Notes: a model not told the origin generated them from the sequence alone. A stretch of DNA of 64,000 nt from Nemertoderma westbladi (GCA_032718475.1 JAUCBJ010001005.1:10751-74750), one strand, 5' to 3'; counted from the first letter of the stretch, positions 50,419-61,829 are shown. Program-made: numbers and translations.

Positions 50419-51969
50419 CCCTATTAGTACCGGGCTATAAAATGCTGTACAAATACCGGGGGGGGGTCATATTGACCCCTCCCTCTAAAATCTACAAATA
50501 TTAACGAAAACGTCTGATTTTTTGTTTGTACGTAGGTATCACTAGTCTGGATCCGACCGAAAAAAAAAATTTTCAAAAAAATGGACTGGAGTGGTAATAT
50601 TGCAGCACCAAAATTACAAGTAGTGCACAATTTTCACAAAATTTGAAAGTTACATTTTTCGGCTAATTGTTTTTTAATACAGGTTTTCTGGGGCGCAAAA
50701 TACATTGGAAAATATTTAAAAATGATATGATTACCATAAATGGCTGTTTAGTCCTCTATGCGTAGGAAAAAAATGAAAAAAACAAGTAACCAGCACTTTT
50801 CAGTTAGAACACAAAATTTTTAATTCACTTATACGATGCTATAAATTCACATTTTTAGGTTTTCTAGGGCGCTGATTCTAATGGAATACATTTCAAATAT
50901 GCCAGATCATTGCTACTTGTATTTTTCGGCGTAATTTGGCAAATTTTGGTGCTAGCACCAAATTTCGTACCCATCACCAAAAAGTACAAGTTTGCGATGT
51001 CCAGTGCTGTTTTTATTGTTTCCATCGGATTCAGGACCCTCATAAACCCGTATAACGCAAGAAACAAGATGATACTATCTACTGATCAATTTACTCATTT
51101 TCCAAAATTTGGTGCAAAACAACAATTTTCACCCACCGGCGAAAAATACAAGTTTGAAAACTCTTATGAAATTTTTACTGATTCCATTGAATTCAGAACC
51201 CTAACAAACCCGTATAACGCAAGAAACAAGATGACACAATCAATTGATATATTTGATGGTTTTCAAAATTTGGTGCTAGCACCACATTTTGCACCCACTT
51301 CCGAAAAATACAAGTTTGAGATGTCTAGTTCGATAATTATATATTCCATTGAATTCAGAACAGCCATAAACCTCTAAAATGTAAGAAATAAATTGTCACA
51401 AGCAATTTTATCTATTGAATGGATTTTCAAAATTTCGTGCTAGCACCAAAATTTGCACACAGCACCGAAAAATACAAGTTTGATACGCTTGGTGCAACTC
51501 GTATACATTTCATCGAAACCAGAACCCCAAAAAACCCAAATTGCGTAAAAAACAAGTTTCAAACAATCAATTTACAAAATTGACATATTTCAAAATTTGG
51601 TGCTGGCACCAAAATTTGGCACTCGCCGAAAAAAAAAGTTTGAAATTTCTAAATCAATTTATATGAATTCCATCCAATTGCTAACACCAAAAAACCGGTG
51701 TAAATAAAAAATAGAGATGTTACAATTAATATTTAATGAAATGTAATTTTCAAAAAACGTCTCAAAAAAAGTGCCAAAAGTAGGGTTAAAAAATGGTGCT
51801 ATAACTCGAAAACTACCCAATATTTTTGAAAACGGTTTTCACTACTAGGAAGACAATAGATTTTTAGGAAAAGTCATAAAATTTCAGAATTCCAACTGCG
51901 TTTGTTTCAGAATTATAATAAAAAAACCACGGGAGGGGTCATATTGACCCCCCCCCGGGTTTAATAGGG
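50419..51969. mobile_element. piggyBac-type non-autonomous element inserted in E2
   Basis: TTAA TSD; termini CCCTATTA..TAATAGGG; subterminal GGGGTCATATTGACCCC at both ends; absent at the homologous E1 site (~28390); ~163-bp internal tandem units. Confidence 0.9.
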
Positions 51970-53131
51970 TTAAATAATACATATAGTAGCGTGATGTCCT
52001 CTAACAGTAGCGTAAAACGCAAATAAATCTGTTAAACCTTTTGACCATCTGTAATTCTAGTCGATTAAGATATCGCGGCACCCACCGATATACTTGAAAG
52101 ACAAACTTTGGAATCAGTGGTTAACGTCCCCAGACAAGTTCTGGAATTAATCGGTGCCCATCTTAAATATTAATTTAATATTTATTAAAATCTGTAAAAT
52201 TCAGATCCTTTAAAATTTCTAGTCAATTAAGATATCGCAGCACTTACCGATACTCTTAAAGGACAATTTTATAGAATTAAGGATCCTCAGTCCCCAGACA
52301 TGTTCTGGAACAAAAATTGTGTCAATTTTAACATCAAATAATAAAATTCACCAGAATAAATTTAAATTCATATTTTAAATGAATTTCATAAATTGTCATT
52401 TTGCGCAATTTATAACATTCCCAAAATTCCATTAATTAATAGATCATGGGAGCGGAGATTCATCCTATTGAGTGTATTAGAGTGCGAGAATCTCCAACAT
52501 ATAGTCAATAGCTGATAAAATTAATAAAATCATACATAAAGAGGATATTGACAATTAAAGAATTACTATTAAATAGCATCCCAGATCTGTATGCATGAGA
52601 ATTACCCTAATTCTACCGCTAGCATTCCACAATGTCACCATAGCAACACCCACGCTAGAATTAGAAGCAAGTTAAGAGAACAATAGAAAGCTTGTCCCAT
52701 TGCATAGTATAGAGAATACATAGCACACTGTTAGTATCCAAGGATACACAGTAACAACGTGACATTCTGGAAGGCACTGACTAACGGACAAATGGCCTGC
52801 ATGTGTACAATTTGTGACAGTTGTGTGGAATTTGTGCGTTTATAGGTGAATGTTACTGCTAAAGTATGTTTACAGTAGCTAGTCGCAATTGTAAAAGTAG
52901 CCCAACTCTCCTATAGAAAGAACCTAAGTGGATCCAAGCCTTTGGGACGGACAGTGGAGTGACTTGTGCCGGTTATCGTTGTCGTGCTGTTGCTACATGT
53001 TGGCGTAAACACCGCGACGACGGTACATCGGCGCTGAGAATCCCACTGTCCGGGGGCAAAGAGAAGTAGGCAGCGACGCCCGCTCGCCTAAATATAAACT
53101 CATTTGATATTAATAAACTCAGATAGCAGAT

Positions 53132-56100
53132 ATGACGGAGTTGATAGAAGATGATCTTGGTATTAGGGAGCGATATACTCTACCTTTGCAAGCATTTGTG
53201 GATAGCTTAATACGCGGTGAAGCCGATCCAACCATTACTGAGGACGATGGTCGTTATATCGAACCGCCAATGTCCCAAGAGCAACTTGCGCGTGAATTGG
53301 ACTATCGAAAATTCACCGCTCGCTATACGAATCGTAATGGTACGTATATGGACTTCTTAACTACCAGCCATCCTATCGATTTACATGATACGGACGATGT
53401 AGATACAGAGAGGGAAATGGTTCTATTTAAATATCATACCCAGCGGAGTCGTAACGATAAACCGAGAATAGATCACGAAAATTCTATTCGTAATAGGCAG
53501 GAAAGAGAAAACGTTGAAGAACCGGATAAACGCATCGACTTCAACGAATACCTAGAATTTTTGAGAGAAACCTATCTCAACATCGCCAGTCAGCAGAACC
53601 TAGAGACTCGATATCCTCAAGGTATACATCATGACCCTGTGGTAGAACTCAAACGGCTCTATTTCATGATGATGTAGCTTACCGCCGATCGTCCACTACC
53701 TGTTATCCCGGATAGTTTTGAACAAATGGAGGAATATTGCAAAACTGGAGAATGATCACCCGCGTTTCCTCTACAGGACGTACGTCTTTGGTATTATTGT
53801 GACGAATGCCCTAGACCCAACCAACAAACTGAAAGACATAAACATCCGCGGAGACGTTGCGCTAAACACAGCTTTACGCGTTACACTTACGGGAGTTTCG
53901 AGCGAAACCTGTACGACGTACCACCTACGATCGCTCGTCTTAAACGATCACTGAATAAACCCATGATCAGAGTTCCGGAATACTCGGTCAGGCCTCCTCA
54001 TTCCCTAGTGAGACCTCAAACTCTTGATCCTAACAGTATCACTGATCCTCCCAAACTATATTCCCTGTTCAAAGACTTAGTGTTACCCGAACAATTAATC
54101 GGTGGTGCTCCGGTAGTGGGTTCGTTAGACATTCGCCCATCCTACTTAGCCGGATTGGGACGTGGGCAGCTAATATTGCCCTTTGATCCTTACAATCGTC
54201 CAGGATTAAACCCGATGCAACCCGCCACGGAAGTCGAGGAGAGCGTTATAAGAAACGCTTTAGACGCTATTCGACAGAAGATCGGAAAGGGAACACAAGA
54301 TTGTTTAGAGAAACGTAAATTACAACAACAAGTCCAATCGGTGAAGGAGTTAGCCTTGCCACAGTTCGATAGAGAAATCCAAAACCTCGAGGAAGACATC
54401 GAGCTTGGACGCACGTATTCTCTACAATAATTTTTAGATGAACGCTTACAGAGACAAGCGGAAGAAAATCTACTCGAGGAGAAACACACGAAACTGGAAG
54501 AGAGAGAAGAAGCCGCTTTAGCCCAACCTGAAGCTCAAATCCTTATGACGGACCTCTACTCTCAAACCATTCGTCATCCCTCGATGATTCCACATTTCGG
54601 AGACAAACTCTTCGCGACGATACAACCTCAACCGGTTGATATCAGTACAGGATCGCAAAATCTTATCGCTGACGCCCCTATGTTACAGCGTCCGCCGATA
54701 GAGGCCGCTCGTGTTGACGGTATACTCGTTGAACCTCCGGACAATCGAGCGGATCTTGTCCGTCGTATGGTACACGATGTCAATATACGCGCTAGACCTT
54801 TACAGAACTCGTTTTATGGGATTAAAGACCACCCTTATTACGTTAATCTGACTCAATATTATATGGTAAAACCAGAGGACCCGACGCATAATTTAAAGTT
54901 TCTACCACTAATAAATCCTCTAGACATTGTCGAACTCGAACAATTGCAGAAACATCTGGATCAGTTAGTAAAAGTAAACTCATTTAGAAAACCATATAAC
55001 ATTTCTAGAATCGAGAAAGATATAGAACCCCCTTATAATCTCGATGGATTTATTAAAACTCGATTAGTCCATTGGAATCTAGATGTATTATTTGAAGAAG
55101 AGAAAATACAAAGATATGGAAATGTGGAGACGTATACCACTCGGCACATGAAGTATAGTGATCTCCCTGGCGCTAACCAATGCGCCACCTTGTGGCATCC
55201 AGTAGGGATGACCCTAGAGAACGCCACCAAGGAGTGGAATGAAACTCTTAATGTTATTGAGATGTATGGAGTTGTCACCTACGATAATGAAGGTAGCATT
55301 CCTGTCGGAGAACTAGGAACTACGCGCATGATCCACATACGCAGATTAGCTGGTTCTACCCATGTGTTTACTCGAGCGTGTTCCGACGTGATTGATTATT
55401 CCTTTGAAACTCTCACCGAAACACAAAAGTATCTCCGACATGGACAATTCGAACTCGCGCAGCGTTACGTCATTGACACCGAACGCAAACCGGCCATGGG
55501 TATCGATGGATCGATGCTACCCCAGCCAGTACTCGAGATGTTGTTCAACGAAAGAATCCTTAAAATCGGCTCAGCTGTTTATGGAGATCTCCAAAACGAC
55601 TTTCGGAATATGGAGAACATTCCATACCCTTTCGTTGATACTCAGCTGATTGCTCCCTGGGCAGAAGTTCGAGGTTTCTTCCGCACCATGTATGCTAATA
55701 CGTCTAGCAACATTACAAAGGTGCAACAAACTTCCATCGGACATCTTGCCTTTCAGGAATACGGATGGAATTTCAAAGTCGGAAATCCCATTAACTATCA
55801 ACAAGTATACGGAGACCATTATTCTCGATTATACTTTGATGGACCATTGACCGCACCTGGCGCCGTGTATAGCTTCATGAGTGTTCCACTCCGTCCCTCC
55901 TTAGCTATATACACGATCTTTGAAAACACCGCACTTGCCGGTTGGCTAGCCGATGTGTGCAGTCGTACTATACGCGCCCATCCATTAATACTTGGGACCA
56001 AACTCGCTAAGCTAGATGAACATAATAAATTCATCCGCTTCGAATGTTTCCGGCGATTTTTAACCCCGTTCCGCAACGTGGATAGCCAATTTAAAGACCG

Positions 56101-57385
56101 CGCTTTGACCAAGCTCAGCCTAAGAAACTCAGCTGCAGAGAAGTTGGATAGCGCTGGATTCGCCATTTTCCAAGAGATTTGTATTTCGAACTTGCACTCC
56201 TCTGTTATACAAAGACCTCGAATCCCCACAGGTTATTCTGTCGTGGAAAATCAGACAATAGGTCCACCTGAAGAGACAGACACGCCCACCTCAGCTATGC
56301 ACTTGGAAGACGAACCAATATGTCTAGAATCTGAGGAGATTCAGCCTATCGCGCCCCGGAACAGCGACAACGATTACATCATAGAATGGTATCAAGGTCC
56401 ACAGTGTCTCACTGCGTACGATTATCGACATGCCAACTATGTTTCTAGGCAACGTTGTCGGTTATGCGCATCGAGAGACCATGATACGCCCATGGACACA
56501 AACGTCCGCTGTTCCTATTTCCAAGAGCAACCGACTATGGAAATTTATTGCGCATATTGCAGACTCAATAACTTGCACATTTTTGCGGTTTGCCCTCAAT
56601 TTATGACTCAATGTCACCATTGTCAACTAAAGGGACACGCCAGTTTCGATTGCCCTTTTAATCACGATTTGGAAAGCGTAGATGAAATGATCACACTACG
56701 TTACATCAGAGCTTGGGAAGCGAACGCTGATCTACATTGTGATTCGCGCCATCGCTATTATCCTGGACGCGCTTACGAAGGAGTTTATGCGTTCCATCCT
56801 TATCTATTCGCTTCTGTCGAACAGAAATCACGCATATCGAGTTACGAACTACTGAAGCGCGTCGGAGAATGTATTTCAACCAAGTTTGTACGCAAATTTC
56901 TTAGGAGTGTTAATCCTAGCGACCTTCATTCCTATAACTTAATCAATTATATCCGTCAGGATCCAGACTATGGAGACTTATTTGTTAACTCACACCCCGA
57001 GTTACAAGAAGTATATCGACGGCCTTACGAATACCGAGCCCGCGAACGCGAGTTGGAAAGAACCATTAAACCCAGGAGGTTTCTGACTGCCTATGGTCCA
57101 CCCACGGCTCTCGTTCAGACCACTCGTAAAGGACCCGTAAGAGCGGCTGTCTTAAAACGAGCTCTCAAAGCCGTTAGACCCCTCTCCCCCGACGTTGATG
57201 TCAATCAACCCGGTACTTCGACTGGCGGATACACCGACCATAATCCTACACCCTCTGATGCAATCATATTGCACCCTTCACCCAGGAGTTATAGCCCTCC
57301 TTGTAAAGTGGCTCGCCCCAAAGAGAAAAAGACTCTGGCTAGCTTTAAAAAACTGCGTAAACGCCGTCCGCGCAAGAAAGACTAA
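53132..57385 (+). pseudogene. E2 accessory ORF3 (~1417 codons, three in-frame stops): DEDDy 3'-5' exonuclease-like domain plus three CCHC knuckles
   Basis: ORF pieces 53132-53677, 53963-54430 and 54545-57385 are in one frame; exonuclease-like motifs at ~55250-55960; knuckles at ~56455-56655; basic C-terminus KKLRKRRPRKKD. Confidence 0.85.
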
Positions 57386-57454
57386 CTGTTTAGAGTATTT
57401 ACATATATTAGAAACTGTGATTTTTGTATATTTATAAACTTGAATCCCATTTTC

Positions 57455-57463
57455 TGGGAGCGG
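57455..57463 (+). promoter_or_regulatory. Short PPT-like tract TGGGAGCGG abutting the E2 3' LTR
   Basis: Same sequence and position in E1 (23267-23275, minus strand). Confidence 0.7.
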
Positions 57464-58657
57464 TGTAAAAGCTTTTGCGGATATACTCAGGCCCCCTCGA
57501 CCGCAAGGTACCGTTATAGGTGTTTTAACGGACATAAAAGTCATTCTTCTATATGTGTGCTTTGGTGGACATGGTAAGGCAAAAAACCCGCAATGCGTCA
57601 AATACCCTGGCACAGCTTAGCCTTGATGATTCAGATTACGACATCTAACAGCTGGTTGCTGACATGGAAACAGCCATTGGACACATGGTTCTTTGTTTAG
57701 CTTAACAGCCAATCAGAGCGATTTTTTCTGTCGATGTGGAGATATTTGGCAGATCATGCTAGGAGTGTTCAGTCTTACTGTTTTTCTTGATACTGTTGTG
57801 TTGTTTCTATCTAGGCCAGGAACACCGGCTCTAGAGTCAATTCGTTTCAGACTTTAGAAGAAACATTAGTAGGCTTAAGATTATAGAGCGTATAACTGTT
57901 ATCTTAACATATCATATCACATACCATAACAATCACTTGTCATATCATATCTTAACCTACCGTCTTAATGCTTTTACTGTTGTCATATTTTGTATCAGTT
58001 GGTTGAATATTATTTGGAGAACATTTATAAAGAACCCAAATTTCCCAATTTTCTTGATACACTACAGGTTAGAGAGACAGGTTACATATAGCGATTGCGA
58101 CTTACATTATTGTGGTTTGTAGTGAATTTAATGCTATTTGATAAGCCCTACATGAGTCAGTTGCTGTTCTCTTTATATATGATAAAATTCATTGACGGTC
58201 GGCAAATTAGTGAGCAGTATTGTGTGTTACTGGTAGTGCGCATGATTGTGACTGATAACTAAGCATTTCCTAAAGAATGCGCCTCATACGTGATTCATAA
58301 GCCTTACCGACTTACCGTTGTGATTAGTATAAGTCATATCTCTGTTTACCTAGATAGAGCGCCACGTCCTAAAGGAACTGTTAATATTTCCCGAAAGTGA
58401 ATAATATTAGTCAGAAATTATTTATTAACGATCAATCGAATAATACAGTAAGCTTACACTGCAATAATAATCTAAGCCCTCAGAATCCAGTCTCCCGGGT
58501 ATATCCAGCGGGTGAATGGACGCGCACTAGGCTGGCTTCTGCTAATGTTGTGTTTATTGGTATTAAATATTTGTCAATTTCTAAAGTCTATTTATAAACC
58601 AAAAGACATATAAATTTTGGCAGGTTAAACTGCTAAAGGTCTTCAAAAGCGCGTACA
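57464..58657 (+). repeat. 3' LTR of E2
   Basis: Direct repeat of 38421-39614, followed by TSD GATTG. Confidence 0.97.
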
Positions 58658-58662
58658 GATTG

Positions 58663-58833
58663 GCTGAATAAGACAAAACAAAGAACTTCCACGTCCACAA
58701 AGAATCAGCTGACAGATTTCGTCATCTTGGTTCTAATTCCTTCCCGTCGCGTAGTTGGATAAATTTAGGGCTATTTTAGAGTATTCTGCGCATTGCGTAA
58801 AAATGACTTGTTATGTCCGCAAAAGCTTTTACA
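58663..58833 (-). repeat. Displaced 5'-most part of the E1 5' LTR
   Basis: Matches 23100-23266 and is followed by TSD ACCTC. Confidence 0.95.
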
Positions 58834-59295
58834 ACCTCCCCCATTCCTTGACATGCTTTCTATTGCCTAGCCTTGCTGCTAGTGTCACCACTAGTGTAAA
58901 GTACCAGACTAATAAGCCAGCTTGCTTTATCTCGCAAAATGATTGACTGAGTATTTAATCGTGATTCTTTGGAATAATTAGCTAAATAATTTCGCGGAGG
59001 TGTTAGACATGACAAATTAATATTTCAGTATCAATACTATCGGCATAAGGTAAGTTTTAGTAATTTTTACTAATTGGGTTGCCTCCACATCTAAAAATAT
59101 ATTACTTTTAAAACACAAATTTCCTGTTAATACCTCTGCCTTTCATTAATCCTCTGTGACCCTTTGGGTTGGGGGGGGGGGGGGGGGGGGGGGTGTGTGT
59201 GGGCAGAAAGAGGGCGGTTGAAGCAAAGGGGGAGTTACTCACTTCTTTGATTTATACTTATTGAATGGGAGAATCTTTTAGGCTCGTTAAGGCAA

Positions 59296-59710
59296 GGAAT
59301 GCCTGTTCACCACCATGGGTGATCTTCCACAGTAAACCCTTTCACTCTGTTTCCTAAAGGAATTCCTGTTCACCACCATGGTGATCTTCCACAGTAAACC
59401 CTTCCACTCTGTTTCCTAAAGGATTGCCTGTTCATCACCACGGGTGATCTTCCACAGTAAACCCTTCCACTCTGTTTCCTAAAGGAATGCCTGTTCACCA
59501 CCATGGGTGATCTTCCACAGTAAAGCCTTCCACTCTGTTTCCCAAGTTGCCTTGGTTCCCATGTATCGACCACTGAAGGATGAAAGCCGGGGTTGGGCTA
59601 GGCTGCAGCATTTAAAGCACTGTGCCCAAACAGTGCTGCCCCATCTAGGGATCGAACCAGGGCTCCCTAATCGGAAGCACAGTAATGTCACCACTAGACC
59701 AAGCTGTTGC
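59296..59710 (-). mobile_element. tRNA-derived SINE (family 2) with ~60-bp tandemly repeated 3' region (x4, 59296-59541)
   Basis: Minus strand: A box TGGTCTAGTGG, B box GGTTCGATCCC, core GGCTTTCATCCTTCAGTGGTCGATA; unit gcctgttcaccaccatgggtgatcttccacagtaaacccttccactctgtttcc repeated four times. Confidence 0.7.
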
Positions 59711-59758
59711 TTTGATTTATTCCTATTGACGGGTTGGTTAAATACAGTAAATACAGTA

Positions 59759-60381
59759 CAGGCCACCAGAAAAAGCAGATTTCATCAAATGTGATCACAT
59801 GTGAACACATTTGTTCAAGTCATCTAATTGGCAGGTCACTACATTATTTCAATAGCGAGTTATCTTCTAGATCACACAGCAGGAGGCTGACTTGCTGGGA
59901 CCGACAAAAGCTTTGTGTGTGGTGCGCCTGTATGTCTGATATCAGGTAGATGAGAGAGCCCCCAGGGCGTAACATTGCGGTCATGGCTGGACTGTATTGG
60001 TAGAGAGAGAACTACATACAAGACCACATGGAGATTCAGAGTGGATGGGTATATGGATGGAGGAGCCTAGACCATTGAATAATTAATTTAGTGCAGGGAG
60101 ATGTCGCGCCATTAGTCTGACACCGAGAGGGCACAGAGAAAGACCAGAAGATGCCTTAACATCACTAACCATAGGCCTACTAGGTCTACAGGCGTTTCAA
60201 AAGTATTCAAATGTATCCTTTGGCGAAAAAATTTTGGTTCTTGCCAATTCAAATATGTTCAATTATGTTCAATTGTCCCGTTCAACAACATTACATTACA
60301 CTGGTACACATTTGATCAAATCTGTTCACATTTGATCAAATGTGTTCACATTTGAACAAATCTGCGTTATCTGGTGGCCTG
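59759..60381. mobile_element. Tc1/mariner-like MITE
   Basis: TIR CAGGCCACCAGA..GCAGATTT / AAATCTGC..TCTGGTGGCCTG, TA flanks, subterminal cacatttgatcaaat repeats. Confidence 0.8.
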
Positions 60382-60575
60382 TACTGTATCTTATTTATTT
60401 ATTTAAATTTCTTAAATACTGATTTTGGGATATAATTACTCAATTTTAATCTGTATCTGATAAGTGAGTTCTCGTGCTGCGCGAAAGCCCCACTTACGTG
60501 TGTTTATGTATGAATAGCTACGTAATAGTATAATTTAAAGAAGTGTTGCATTGTTGCCCGGCTACATGGGATAAA

Positions 60576-61002
60576 CAAAATGTTCCAGAATATGGTATTT
60601 TTATTTAATAGAATAAATGGCCTGCAGCGGCAGCAAATACATGCAACTTTCGAACGCCAATATCTCAGCTATTTCCCAAGCAAATTAAAATGTTTTTACT
60701 TATTTGGAATCCTTGCATGGTCAGCTTTCTATCAGTACCAAGTATCAAAATAAGGTTGAAGAATGATTGCACTGTGACCTGTGAAATATCGCCGGAGACA
60801 CCTTTTTCAAACACTTGTAGCTAAAGATTGAAAGCAAAAATAAAAATTCTGGCTCACCCAGCAAGGAGGAGGAAGGAGGGAGGTGAAACTATCTATGTTT
60901 TAAATTTCATGCAATCTCATTAAGATTTGTAGAAAAAATTGGGGTGGGGGGGGGGGGGGGGGCAGGTACCTGAATAACGACACTATATTCCAGGACATGG
61001 TG
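60576..61002 (+). repeat. Interspersed repeat family A, copy 2
   Basis: Colinear with 61830-62236 and with the reverse complement of 21280-21682. Confidence 0.75.
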
Positions 61003-61020
61003 TATATAATGAGACTATTA

Positions 61021-61813
61021 GGCCCGATGCACACATGAGCTTTCATTACCCATCTTTCATCCCAACTTTAATCTTTCAAAAGGTGTCAATTCACACATGA
61101 GCTTTTTTCATCTTTTATCATTCAAGTAAATATATTGCCAAGCAACTTAAAATGTTACTGTATCATTGTAAACTTTATATATTTGCAATTATATTGAAAT
61201 TTATTTTAATGATATTGTATAGTGTATATTGTATATTGTATGTTTATTTTCTTATAACTTTTTTGAAAATAGATGAATATATCGCTGCTGAGTTGTTTCC
61301 CTACAATGTATAATGGATGAGAAAGAAAAGGTCAGATTTTGGATTCATCCAAATAATCTGAAAAGAGGAATCCATTGAGTTATAGGTAAACTATACTATG
61401 AGTTAAGATAAGATGATAATAAGTTCTTCAATTATATTCGTATAAATGAAGACCATGTTTGAAAATGTTCAATATTAAAAAATAGTTTTGAAATTGGCAT
61501 AATTTATCAGAATAGCTACTTCGGTTTTGCAATATAATATAAGCTATACTACTACAAACTTTATATAACCATATATATGGAAATCCATCACATCTTTCAA
61601 ACAAATAGAACATATTCTGTATTGTATTTATCACACTGCAATTTGAAAGATGAAAGTCGATAGATGAAAGACGAAAGACCTTGTGTGAATGCCTCCATAG
61701 ACTGCAGTGATTTCTAAAAAAAAATATAAATTAAAAAAAAAGTAAAAAAAAATATAATAAAAAAAATGATAAGATGGGTGATGAATGATGAAAGCTCATG
61801 TGTGCATCGGGCC
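61021..61813 (+). mobile_element. PIF/Harbinger deletion derivative with a transposase remnant
   Basis: 26-bp TIR GGCCCGATGCACACATGAGCTTTCAT; flanks TTA/TAA; 61330-61450 reads RFWIHPNNLKRG..KLYYELR*DDNKFFNYIRI, resembling a Harbinger transposase N-terminus. Confidence 0.8.
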
Positions 61814-61829
61814 TAACGTAGCTATACAT

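Larger units (their letters stand above)
38421..58657 (+). mobile_element. BEL/Pao LTR retrotransposon E2 (20.2 kb; ~18.7 kb without the piggyBac MITE), nested in the E1 5' LTR
   Basis: 1194-bp TG..CA LTRs at 38421-39614 and 57464-58657 with about 8 mismatches; 5-bp TSD GATTG. Confidence 0.97.
22145..58833 (-). mobile_element. BEL/Pao LTR retrotransposon E1 (~16.4 kb without nested E2); degenerate, with internal deletions
   Basis: TG..CA LTRs at 22145-23266 and 37464-38420+58663-58833; 5-bp TSD ACCTC (22140-22144, 58834-58838); BEL-type RT/RH/IN. Confidence 0.95.

Noticed and set aside
50910-51377. 155-aa ORF as a transposase
   Set aside because: It is a translation of the tandem repeat units, with no DDD motif.
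49960-53131. Hammerhead ribozyme in the spacer
   Set aside because: No CUGANGA..GAAA core with supporting stems was found by eye; other ribozyme classes are not excluded.
56455-56655. Nanos-type zinc finger in ORF3
   Set aside because: Spacings (C-x2-C-x4/5-H-x4-C) fit retroviral-type knuckles, not the Nanos C-x2-C-x12-H-x10-C pattern.
53132-57385. ORF3 as an envelope gene
   Set aside because: The position fits, but no signal peptide, fusion peptide or TM anchor is evident; the motifs are those of a nuclease and zinc knuckles.
22145-58833. Inverted duplication as an assembly artefact
   Set aside because: The arms are clearly diverged, with distinct indels, and each element has its own LTR pair and exact TSD.
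59296-59541. CRISPR-like array
   Set aside because: Contiguous tandem units without unique spacers; eukaryotic context; no cas genes.
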